A DNA stretch of 64,000 bases from Spirochaetia bacterium (GTDB lineage: Bacteria > Spirochaetota > Spirochaetia > DSM-2461): contig OY764216.1 of NCBI GenBank assembly GCA_963668315.1, positions 2,368,001 through 2,432,000 of the forward strand. The letters are read 5' to 3'. This document shows, piece after piece, positions 55,825 to 64,000 of the stretch (position 1 is the first letter of the stretch; each line of letters begins with the position of its first letter). The notes under the pieces are model-generated. The model saw only the letters and a program-made list of their open reading frames with translations. It had not been told where the DNA came from and did no database searches. A program made the translations under genes and the position numbers.

Positions 55825-57008
55825 AGGTGAAAATTTCCGGAGCGGGATGCTGTCTCTACGATTACCTTTACAAAAACATATCCTTCTCCTCTCCCGGTTT
55901 TTCCCGGTTCCGCTCGCGGACGCCGGGAGACGGGGGAATCACGCCGGGGGAACTGGTCTTCGCGGAGGATCTCTCCCGGTACTCGGACAGGCCGGTCGAA
56001 TCCTGCCTCAAGGAACTGACCGGGGGAAACCGTCCCGACGCGGTGAACCTGGGCGGACCGGCCCTTGTGGCCATGATCCACGCCTCACAGATGCTTCCTC
56101 CCCGGTGGGATATCCGCTTCTACGCCAGCCTGGGCGGGGACCGGAGCTCCCGGGAGCTGGCGGAAGATCTGTCCCGCTTTCCCCTGACCCTTAAGGCCAC
56201 GGAGGCCCCGGAGCATCGGGTTCCCTCCACGGTGGTTCTCTCCGATCCCTCATGGCATGGGGGAGCGGGGGAGCGGACCTTCATCAATACGCTGGGGAGC
56301 GCCCTGGCCTTTTCTCCCGATCTCCTGGAGGGGGATTTTTTTGAAAGCGATATCTGTCTCTGGGGCGGTACGGCTCTGGTTCCCCCTCTTCATGACAGGC
56401 TGGGAGAACTGACGGCCGAAGCGAAGAGCAGGGGAGCCTTCAATATTGTCGGCACGGTTTATGACTTTCGGAATCAAAGGCAGGACCCGGACGGACGCTG
56501 GCCTCTGGGAAGGCGGGACAAGTCCGCCTATCCCGGAATCGATCTGTTGATAACCGATAGGGAGGAAGCCTTCAGGCTTTCGGGCAAAAGCTCGACGGAG
56601 GAAGCGGCGGAATACTTTCTCGATCAGGGCTGCGGCGCCTGTCTGATCACCAGGGGCAGGGATGATGTCTACGCCCGTACCGGTTCAAGGGGATTCTCTC
56701 CCCTGAAGGGAACGTCATACCGGGTAAGCGAATACGTGGACCGGGACCTCAAGGCCCACCCGGAGAAACGGGGCGACACCACCGGCTGCGGGGACAATTT
56801 CATGGGCGGCGTGCTTGTCTCCCTCGCCCGGCAGATGGAAGGGGGGAAGGAACAGGTCCTGGACCTGGAAGAGGCTGTCGTCGAAGGGGTGAGCGCCGGA
56901 GGATTCGCCCTCTATTCCATGGGCGGCGTCTTCCGCGAATCCTTTCCCGGTGAGAAGAAAAGGGAGATCGATGAGATCAAAAAACATTACAGAGAGCAGA
57001 TGGCATGA
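55821..57008 (+). CDS. PfkB-family carbohydrate kinase (divergent)
   Basis: NLGGP, GERTFI, DTTGCGDNFMGG; GTGA overlap with the isomerase. Confidence 0.88.
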   Translation: MKVKISGAGCCLYDYLYKNISFSSPGFSRFRSRTPGDGGITPGELVFAEDLSRYSDRPVESCLKELTGGNRPDAVNLGGPALVAMIHASQMLPPRWDIRFYASLGGDRSSRELAEDLSRFPLTLKATEAPEHRVPSTVVLSDPSWHGGAGERTFINTLGSALAFSPDLLEGDFFESDICLWGGTALVPPLHDRLGELTAEAKSRGAFNIVGTVYDFRNQRQDPDGRWPLGRRDKSAYPGIDLLITDREEAFRLSGKSSTEEAAEYFLDQGCGACLITRGRDDVYARTGSRGFSPLKGTSYRVSEYVDRDLKAHPEKRGDTTGCGDNFMGGVLVSLARQMEGGKEQVLDLEEAVVEGVSAGGFALYSMGGVFRESFPGEKKREIDEIKKHYREQMA

Positions 57009-58219
57009 AGCGTGAAGTCCTGATTTTCGGGGCCGGCAATATCGGCCGGTCTTTTATTACCCCCGTGTTTCTTGATGCGGGCTATACGGTTTACCTTGCC
57101 GATATCAATGCCGCGCTGATAGCGGCCCTGGCGGAGAAGGGACAATACACCGTTCGGATCTGCTCCCGGGAGGGGGAGGAAGAGCGTATCGTGGAAGGCT
57201 ATCACCCCCTGGCTCTCGGAGACCGGGAGTCCCTGATACCCCTCTTGAAAAGAGTTCCCCTGGTCGTCACGTCCGTAGGACAGAGGGGGCTGGACGGCGT
57301 GGCCGCCCTTCTCGGCGAAATACTGCCGGACAGAAAGGATGAAAGGGGGCGGTTTCTTCCCCTGGATATGATACTGGCGGAAAATCTCAGAAACGCCTCC
57401 GACTACTGCCGAACGCGGATCCAGGCCTCTTTGCAGGGAATTTTTCCCATGGAAACCCATCTCGGTCTTGTCGAGACGAGTATCGGGAAGATGGTGCCCC
57501 TGCTGACCGAAGAGGACAGACTGCGCGATCCCCTGGGATTGAAGGCCGAACCTTACAACAATCTGATTCTGGACCGTGACGCTTTCGTGGGGCCCCTGCC
57601 TCTGTCTCCGTCAATCAGTCTGGTTTCACCCGTCAAAGCCTGGGTGGACCGCAAGCTGTTCATCCATAACCTGGGACATGCCGCCGCAGCCTATCTGGGG
57701 CGCAAGTACTTTCCCGGGGTTATCGGCATCGCTCCCCTTATGGAGCATGACTGGTTCGTCACCCTGGTGCGTGACGCCATGCTGGAGGGGGCGAATATCC
57801 TTATGCACGAGTATCCCGACGTTTTCATCCTCTCCGATCTGGTGCATCATATCTACGATCTGCTGGACCGCTTTGCCAATCCCGCTCTGGGTGACACGGT
57901 GCAGCGGGTGGGCCGGGATCTGATGCGCAAGCTGGGCCGCAATGACCGGGTCGTCGGAGCCATGAGGGCGGCCGCGGGAAAGGGGCTGCCCATCGGGGAC
58001 CTCTGCCTTGTCTATCTGGCCGCTCTGGAATTCGGGGAGACATCCGCCGAGGACCCGGACAGGGCACTCTACTCGCGGTATCGGGAAACGGGCCTGGAAA
58101 GCATCTACAGGGAAATCTCCTGCGGAGATGAGGGGCAGCCCGATGAACTGGATGGGATTATCCTGACCGGACTGCTCGGGGCGGCCGTATCCCGGGAGGA
58201 AAGCAAAAGAATTTCATAG
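57005..58219 (+). CDS. Mannitol-1-phosphate 5-dehydrogenase-like polyol dehydrogenase
   Basis: FGAGNIGRSF, ILAEN, GKMVP, RKLFIHNLGHA, RFANPALGDTVQRVGRD...KLGRNDR. Confidence 0.88.
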   Translation: MKREVLIFGAGNIGRSFITPVFLDAGYTVYLADINAALIAALAEKGQYTVRICSREGEEERIVEGYHPLALGDRESLIPLLKRVPLVVTSVGQRGLDGVAALLGEILPDRKDERGRFLPLDMILAENLRNASDYCRTRIQASLQGIFPMETHLGLVETSIGKMVPLLTEEDRLRDPLGLKAEPYNNLILDRDAFVGPLPLSPSISLVSPVKAWVDRKLFIHNLGHAAAAYLGRKYFPGVIGIAPLMEHDWFVTLVRDAMLEGANILMHEYPDVFILSDLVHHIYDLLDRFANPALGDTVQRVGRDLMRKLGRNDRVVGAMRAAAGKGLPIGDLCLVYLAALEFGETSAEDPDRALYSRYRETGLESIYREISCGDEGQPDELDGIILTGLLGAAVSREESKRIS

Positions 58220-58297
58220 CCCGATAGCAAATATCCCTTTACAATATAAAATCGTCCCCTGAGGGGGGATTATGAAGACGTCAGGAAGGAGAGAAAA

Positions 58298-60667
58298 ATG
58301 CGTTTTACAGAAGGAGCCTACAGAGCGAGGACGGGGATCAGGCTGCACAGAGCCCATTCCCTGTTTCGTGCCGAAATCAGTCCGGACAGAGTGAGTGCCC
58401 TTGTGCCCTGCCGGGAAATCCGTTCTCTGGGAGATACCACCGAAGGGGTGAACCTGCATTATGTTTTTTCCTCTCCGGCGACCAACATGATCTCCGTCAG
58501 GGTTTTCCATTTCAACGGGGAACAGGATCGGGGTCCCCGCTTCTCCCTTCAGGGGGACGGCGTTTCCCTGGGGGTGAGGGAAGAGGATGATTCTATCACT
58601 GTAACAAGCGGAGAGCTGACCGCTGTCCTTTCCAAAAGGGGGGATTTTTCCTACGACTTCTATTACAGAGGGAAAAAACTGACCGGAGGAGGCAGGCAGG
58701 GAACGGCCTATGTCACCGATCTGGACTATGAGTGCGACCGCAAGGACGATATGGACGGCCGCCCGAAACCCTCATGCAAGACAGAGACCTATGTAAGGGA
58801 AACGCTGGAACTGGATGTGGGGGAGTATATTTACGGTTTCGGCGAACGGTTCACTCCCTTCGTGAAAAACGGCCAGTCCCTGGATATATGGAACCGGGAC
58901 GGCAATACGAGCTGCCACTTCGCCTATAAATCGATTCCCTTCTACCTTTCGAGCCGGAAATACGGGGTCCTGGTCAATACTCCCGCCCGGGTCGATTACG
59001 AGGTCGGCTCCCTTGATGTCCGCCATGTGGAGTTCAGCACGCCGGGAGAGTCCCTGGAGTATATCCTTATCGCCGGCGAGGACAACCGGGAAGTCCTGTC
59101 CCGCTACACCGGTCTGACCGGCCGTTCTGCCGTTCCCCCCGCCTGGACGTTCGGTCTCTGGCTGACCACGAGCTGGATACTCCGTACCGATGCAGAGAAG
59201 TCCGTCGAGTTCGTCAACGAAATGGAGAGATACGATATCCCCCTGGAAGTTTTTCACTTCGACGCCCGCTGGATGGACGATTTCAAATGCTGCGACTTCC
59301 GCTGGTCCGAACGCTACGGCGACGTCAAATCCCTTCTGAAGTTCATCCACGATAAGGGCGTGAAAGTCTGCATGTGGATCAATCCCTACATCAGCCAGGA
59401 ATCCCACCTCTTCGCCGAAGGACGGGACAAGGGGTTCCTGCTCAAGAGGCCCGACGGCGCCGTGTGGCAGACCGATACCTGGATGAGCGGCATCGGCATT
59501 GTGGATTTTACCAATCCGGAAGCCCGGGACTGGTACATCGGGCAGCTGGAAGCCCTGGTAGATCTGGGGGCGGACTGCTTTAAGACTGACTTCGGGGAGA
59601 AGATACCCACCGAAGTGGTCTGGCATGACGGCTCCGATCCGGCGAAGATGCACAATTACTATACCTATCTGTACAACAAAGCGGTTTATGAAATGCTTCT
59701 GAGGAAGAAGGGAGATGGCGATGCGGTGGTTTTCGCCCGTTCCGCCACCGTGGGGAACCAGCAGTTCCCCGTACACTGGGGCGGGGATAACGCCGCCTCT
59801 TTCGTGTCCATGGCGGAAACCCTGAGGGGCGGCCTCTCTTTCTGCCAGTCCGGATTCGGTTTCTGGGCCCATGATATCGGCGGGTTTTTCGGAAAGGCCA
59901 TACCCGACCTCTACAAGCGGTGGGTCGCTTTCGGGCTTCTTTCCACCCACAGCCGCCTCCATGGCAACGACAGCTACCGGGTCCCCTGGGTTTATGACGA
60001 GGAGAGCGTTGATGTGCTGCGCCATTTCGTCCGCCTCAAATATTCCCTCATGCCCTACCTTTACGCCGGGGCCGTGCGGGTGAACCGGGAGGGGATTCCC
60101 CTCATGCAGCCCATGATGCTTGTTTTTCCCGACGATCCGACCTGCCTGACCCTGGACCGGCAGTACATGCTGGGCGATGATCTGCTGGTCGCCCCTGTAT
60201 TCCGGGAAGACGGACAGGTCGAGTTCTATGTGCCCGAGGGGGAGTGGACCGATTTTCAGAGCGGAGAAGTCTTCTCCGGGCCCCGGTGGTTCAGCCGGAC
60301 TTATGATTACTTCGGCCTGCCCGTTCTGGTACGGCCCGGTGCGGTTCTTCCCGTGGGAGCCGGCAGGGATTCGGCCGATTACGACTATGCCGACGGAGTG
60401 TGTTTTCAGGTATACGGCCTGGACGGGGGATCTGGCCGGGAAAGCCGTCTCTACGACAGAACGGGCAGAGAAATCTGCTGCTTTACGGCATCCAGGACGG
60501 AGGAGGGCCTTACATTGACTCTGACCGGAGACGCACGGAACTGGACGGTCAGATTGATGGGGATCGCCGAACCGCCATCCGTGAGCGGGGCCGAAATCAA
60601 GAAAGAGGATGGATACTGTCTATTGATGCCTGATCGGAAAGAGATCGAAGTTACCCTTTCCTGTTAG
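58298..60667 (+). CDS. yicI: GH31 alpha-xylosidase, YicI-like
   Basis: MRFTEG, FGLWLTTS, FHFD, FKTDFGE, VHWGGD, HSRLHG, YRVPW. Confidence 0.88.
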   Translation: MRFTEGAYRARTGIRLHRAHSLFRAEISPDRVSALVPCREIRSLGDTTEGVNLHYVFSSPATNMISVRVFHFNGEQDRGPRFSLQGDGVSLGVREEDDSITVTSGELTAVLSKRGDFSYDFYYRGKKLTGGGRQGTAYVTDLDYECDRKDDMDGRPKPSCKTETYVRETLELDVGEYIYGFGERFTPFVKNGQSLDIWNRDGNTSCHFAYKSIPFYLSSRKYGVLVNTPARVDYEVGSLDVRHVEFSTPGESLEYILIAGEDNREVLSRYTGLTGRSAVPPAWTFGLWLTTSWILRTDAEKSVEFVNEMERYDIPLEVFHFDARWMDDFKCCDFRWSERYGDVKSLLKFIHDKGVKVCMWINPYISQESHLFAEGRDKGFLLKRPDGAVWQTDTWMSGIGIVDFTNPEARDWYIGQLEALVDLGADCFKTDFGEKIPTEVVWHDGSDPAKMHNYYTYLYNKAVYEMLLRKKGDGDAVVFARSATVGNQQFPVHWGGDNAASFVSMAETLRGGLSFCQSGFGFWAHDIGGFFGKAIPDLYKRWVAFGLLSTHSRLHGNDSYRVPWVYDEESVDVLRHFVRLKYSLMPYLYAGAVRVNREGIPLMQPMMLVFPDDPTCLTLDRQYMLGDDLLVAPVFREDGQVEFYVPEGEWTDFQSGEVFSGPRWFSRTYDYFGLPVLVRPGAVLPVGAGRDSADYDYADGVCFQVYGLDGGSGRESRLYDRTGREICCFTASRTEEGLTLTLTGDARNWTVRLMGIAEPPSVSGAEIKKEDGYCLLMPDRKEIEVTLSC

Positions 60668-60793
60668 GTCCAAACCGTTTCCAGAGCCGATATTCAGTTC
60701 AGCGATGTTGTGGCCGGCGCCGTCAGCGCTCTGGAGAAGGGTACGATAAAAGTCGTTCTTGTTCCTTCGCTTTTTTTAAGAGCGGGATCCTGA

Positions 60794-61555
60794 CTAAATG
60801 GCGGGCATGACATTCCCGCCGCAGACGGGAATATAGGCTCCCGAGATAAATCCGGCCAGATCTGAGGCGAGAAAGGCCGCCAGATTGGCAATGTCCTGAT
60901 CCGTTCCCCTGTGCTTCAGGGGGACGCTTTTCAGATATTCGCCGCTTTCTGCCAAGCCTTCTCTTCGTTCCCTGTCGCTTATCGTCCAACCCGGTGCGAT
61001 CTGGTTAACGGTGATTTGATGCTCCCCGATCTCCCTGGCGAGAACCCGCAGTACCCCGTCCATTCCGCGCTTCCCCGCGGCATAGGCCGACTGGGTGGGA
61101 GCGCATTGCATGGAACACTCCGTATTGATCCCGATGAAGCGACCTGCTCTCTTTTTAATCATGGGGGGAATGAACGTCTTTGCCAGAAGGACGCTCTGCA
61201 TGACGCAGGATTTGAACTGGCTTTCATAATCCTCCGGATCCTGATCGAGTACAGATTTCCAGTCGTATTGAACCACCGCATTATTGATGAGGATATCCGG
61301 ATCTCCCAGAATCGGACAGATCTCTGCCTTCATTTGCAGCACAGAGTTGAAGTCCGTAATATCCGCCTGCACCGCCAGGGCCGAGCGGCCCATTTGCTGA
61401 ATCTCCCCGGTCAATTTTTCCGCCTGTTCCCGGTTCCGGTGATAATGGACGGCCACGTCGGCTCCGCATTGAGCCATCGTCTTTGCCATGATCCTCCCCA
61501 GTTCCCCTGTGGCTCCGGTGATCAAGGCGACTTTTCCCTGTAAATTGATTTCCAT
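60794..61555 (-). CDS. Short-chain dehydrogenase/reductase
   Basis: TGATGELG, LINNA, YAAGK, VNQIAPG. Confidence 0.93.
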   Translation of the reverse strand: MEINLQGKVALITGATGELGRIMAKTMAQCGADVAVHYHRNREQAEKLTGEIQQMGRSALAVQADITDFNSVLQMKAEICPILGDPDILINNAVVQYDWKSVLDQDPEDYESQFKSCVMQSVLLAKTFIPPMIKKRAGRFIGINTECSMQCAPTQSAYAAGKRGMDGVLRVLAREIGEHQITVNQIAPGWTISDRERREGLAESGEYLKSVPLKHRGTDQDIANLAAFLASDLAGFISGAYIPVCGGNVMPAI

Positions 61556-61576
61556 ATCATCCTCCCCGTAAACAGA

Positions 61577-61606
61577 ACGCCGGCCGACTCAAAAATGGGC
61601 CGGCGT
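61577..61606 (-). other. Hairpin between the esterase and SDR genes
   Basis: ACGCCGGCC-N12-GGCCGGCGT. Confidence 0.5.
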
Positions 61607-61676
61607 CTTATTCTACCCCGGAGAGGAGAGACATACAATGGCGATGTCGTGAAAAGAAGGGGACGATTCCCGGGAA

Positions 61677-63305
61677 TTAGAGCCCCAGAAGGTTGTCAAA
61701 ATAGGCTTTCCAGAAATCCACTTTCTCCGGGGAAACCCCGTCGTAGACTCCCATGTTGTCGCCCAGTTCCATCAGCGCGAAATCCACGCCGTCGCAGGCG
61801 GGCCATTCGGCCAGACCTTCACCGTTGGGATTGCCCGTCCTGGCGAAGTTGACCAGGTAATCGGACATCTGATCGCCGATCGCGTAATCCTCCTCTGTCC
61901 AGGGACGGGTGGGATCCTGGTAGAAGATATTGAGGAAGTAGGGAACGTCTCCCGTATGGAAGGCGCCTGCTTCGGGTACTTCTCCCGCCGCGGGCAGGGC
62001 GTGGGTGAAAATATCCAGATAAGTCGCCGAATCGCCGTGGATGGCCCGTGCCTTGGCCAGTTCGTAGATACGCACGTTCATCTGGTCATGGACAATGTCG
62101 TTCTTGAGCAGATAATCGGCTTCCTCGTCGCTGGATGCGGGATAGAGAGCCAGGAATTCATCGGCCATCTCACCGTATTCGTCCGCTGCCATCTGCTTAT
62201 ATTGATCCAGGGTGAAGGCGCCACGGGGACCGATGATGCTCGTATCGCCCGATACGCCGCCGGCCAGGAGAGGAACGTCGATCTGCGATCCCTCTTTATA
62301 CACGTCGACATCGGCGGCGGGAATGACGAATCCGTCAATAGTCGGTTTGGTCGGGAAGCCCGGAGGATTTCCGGGAGCCATGAAATGGTTGGCCAGGCCG
62401 GCCAGTTCTTCACCGTCCATGGCTCTGAGTTCTTCAAGGGAACTGACGCCCATATAATCCATCATCGTCTTTCCCAGATCTTCCTGCTCGGCCACGGTGG
62501 CCATGGCTCGCCTCCCCAGGGAATTGAGGGGGTTGGCGCTCTGTGCTACGGCTTTATGGAAGAGTCCCTCTGCCAGGGGCGAAATACTCAGAAGATGAAC
62601 CATGCGGGAACCGGCGGACTGTCCCATGATGGTGACGTTCCCCGGATCTCCGCCGAAGGCTGCGATATTGTTCTGCACCCACTCGAGGGAGGCAATCGCA
62701 TCAAGGACACCGTAGTTGCCGGATACATGCTGGGGAGACTCCTCGTCAAGCTCGGGGAGGCCGAGGAAACCGAATATTCCCAGACGGTAGTTAACCGATA
62801 CGTAAACCACATCCTTTTCGGCAATCCTATCGCCGAAATAGACTTCACAGGAGGAACCGCCCGAATTCAGACCGCCCCCGTGGAAGAAAACGATAACCGG
62901 TTTCTCTCCGTTATGGGAATCCGAATCGGACCATACATTAAGGGTAAGACAGTCTTCGCTGTAATTTTTATTACCGATGATAAACTCGGTCGACCACATC
63001 CTGTAGGGCTGCTGGGGCTGCTGCCAGGCGCTGTTCCCGAAGGTCTCGGCGGCCTTAACTCCTTCCCAGGGGGCAACGGGCCGGGGAGCCTTCCATCTGA
63101 GCTCTCCCACGGGAGGGGCGGCATAGGGGATTCCTCTGAACGCCACCACGGTGGAATTTTCCAGGGGGGCTCCGGATATTCTGCCGCTGTCCAGCTGGAC
63201 GACTTCGGACAGGGTGAAGGAATGGCTTTTTCCCATACTCGCACAGGAAAAGAGCAGCGCTCCCGTCGCTAAGAGTAGAAGGCAACTTTTCATCGCTTTT
63301 TTCAT
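61677..63305 (-). CDS. Type-B carboxylesterase with lipoprotein signal
   Basis: LLFSC lipobox; FRGIPYAAPPVGELRW, SEDCL, HGGG, GQSAG, GAFH. Confidence 0.92.
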   Translation of the reverse strand: MKKAMKSCLLLLATGALLFSCASMGKSHSFTLSEVVQLDSGRISGAPLENSTVVAFRGIPYAAPPVGELRWKAPRPVAPWEGVKAAETFGNSAWQQPQQPYRMWSTEFIIGNKNYSEDCLTLNVWSDSDSHNGEKPVIVFFHGGGLNSGGSSCEVYFGDRIAEKDVVYVSVNYRLGIFGFLGLPELDEESPQHVSGNYGVLDAIASLEWVQNNIAAFGGDPGNVTIMGQSAGSRMVHLLSISPLAEGLFHKAVAQSANPLNSLGRRAMATVAEQEDLGKTMMDYMGVSSLEELRAMDGEELAGLANHFMAPGNPPGFPTKPTIDGFVIPAADVDVYKEGSQIDVPLLAGGVSGDTSIIGPRGAFTLDQYKQMAADEYGEMADEFLALYPASSDEEADYLLKNDIVHDQMNVRIYELAKARAIHGDSATYLDIFTHALPAAGEVPEAGAFHTGDVPYFLNIFYQDPTRPWTEEDYAIGDQMSDYLVNFARTGNPNGEGLAEWPACDGVDFALMELGDNMGVYDGVSPEKVDFWKAYFDNLLGL

Positions 63306-63428
63306 GGATTTAATATCTCCTCGTTTGTTTCAGATCGAAATGAGCCTGATGGATCGTCAATGCAAACATCTCCGATCATGAGATTGTCCCCAGTATTTCG
63401 AAAGGGGTGCAAAAAAAAAATAGTTTTT

Positions 63429-63457
63429 GCACAACTCGTATTTTCCATCGCACAACT
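63429..63457. promoter_or_regulatory. Tandem direct repeat, candidate AraC/YesN operator
   Basis: GCACAACT repeated with a 21-bp period between divergent genes. Confidence 0.5.
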
Positions 63458-63588
63458 GGTCGGCTGGGAAAATTGTGGAAAATTACGAATGCGGATAGGA
63501 TTTAATAAAGCCGTTCCGGGATAGCCTCCCGTCCGTCAAGCATCATTGTATTATTCCGGAACATAAAGAAAAAGGAGGAATTTCTTTT

Positions 63589-64000
63589 ATGAAATTCAAT
63601 GTGAGGATATTACCTTTAGTTCTTATTTTAGCTGTTACCATGGCATTTTCCTTTGTATCCTGTTCTTCCGATGACAAGAAGGAAGTGGTAAAGGAAGAAG
63701 TGAGCACCGTTGATCTGAACGAGAACGTTACTTCCGTATACGGGTCTTTCACTGCCCACTGGGGATTTGACGAGCTGTCCCCCGTTTTCGCCGAGCAGTT
63801 CACGGCCATGGAAACGGAAGACACCATGTGGCAGGACAGCACTCTACTTCTTACTCCCGTAGAAGCCGGCGCTCCCCGTGCCGCCGAGAGCGAGTACCAG
63901 TGGACCGAAGGCGATCATTACACCCTCGTAAAGAATCTGTACGCTTCCGGTTCCGGTATGTACATCTGGCAGCAGTTTACCGGTAAATTTACCAACGACG
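63589..64000 (+). CDS. Lipoprotein of unknown function (partial, runs off the window end)
   Basis: AAGGAGG SD; MKFNVRILPLVLILAVTMAFSFVSC lipobox; frame open to the window end; not in the ORF track. Confidence 0.8.
   Translation, partial: MKFNVRILPLVLILAVTMAFSFVSCSSDDKKEVVKEEVSTVDLNENVTSVYGSFTAHWGFDELSPVFAEQFTAMETEDTMWQDSTLLLTPVEAGAPRAAESEYQWTEGDHYTLVKNLYASGSGMYIWQQFTGKFTND

Noticed and set aside
46898..60667. Sulfoglycolysis interpretation (GH31 plus isomerase plus PfkB kinase)
   Set aside because: Nucleophile motifs are FWLDEAEPE and FKTDFGE (XylS- and YicI-like), not the WMADFGE of YihQ sulfoquinovosidases; no aldolase or transaldolase present.
60668..60793. Open frame continuing after the yicI TAG (possible read-through or gene remnant)
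   Set aside because: No recoding signal, no convincing start with SD, YicI is already full length, and the segment is too short to assign.
1..64000. CRISPR array, tRNA, rRNA or prophage
   Set aside because: No regularly spaced repeats, cloverleaf or rRNA signatures, or phage genes seen; intergenic gaps are short and mostly accounted for.

Overview
64 kb of a free-living Spirochaetaceae-type chromosome. The assignment rests on a long spirochaete GreA, FlaB-type flagellins and spirochaete flgK/flgL/fliW/csrA and fliD-PilZ-tsaE-tsaB gene orders. Left half (core genome): partial greA, a TPR gene, recB-recD with no recC nearby, a translationally coupled pair of degenerate class III nucleotidyl-cyclase-fold genes, flgN-flgK-flgL-fliW-csrA, two flaB genes followed by flaG-fliD-hyp-PilZ-hyp-tsaE-tsaB, a TPR and a PilZ gene, 6S RNA, zapA, zapB, rplT-rpmI-infC and a DEAD-box helicase. 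Middle: a lipoprotein with a beta-barrel-like C-terminus, a small membrane ORF behind an SD-occluding hairpin, dppA-ldcA-atypical metG, an outer-membrane beta-barrel gene, an MCP and a low-GC IS1/IS1595-like element. Right half: a carbohydrate region with a clan GH-A hydrolase, two PfkB kinases, a CUT1 ABC transporter, three GH31 alpha-xylosidase-like enzymes, YesM/YesN and AraC regulators, a xylose-isomerase-like enzyme, an MtlD-like dehydrogenase, an SDR and a lipoprotein esterase. Best novelty candidates: (1) the cyclase pair, whose catalytic residues look complementary (possible split heterodimeric cyclase with non-canonical base specificity); (2) an isomerase-PfkB-MtlD-GH31 sugar pathway with no xylB in the window; (3) the IS with Asn at the catalytic Glu position and offset ends; (4) the small membrane protein with a sequestered SD. 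All family assignments are from motif recognition by eye; no searches were run.
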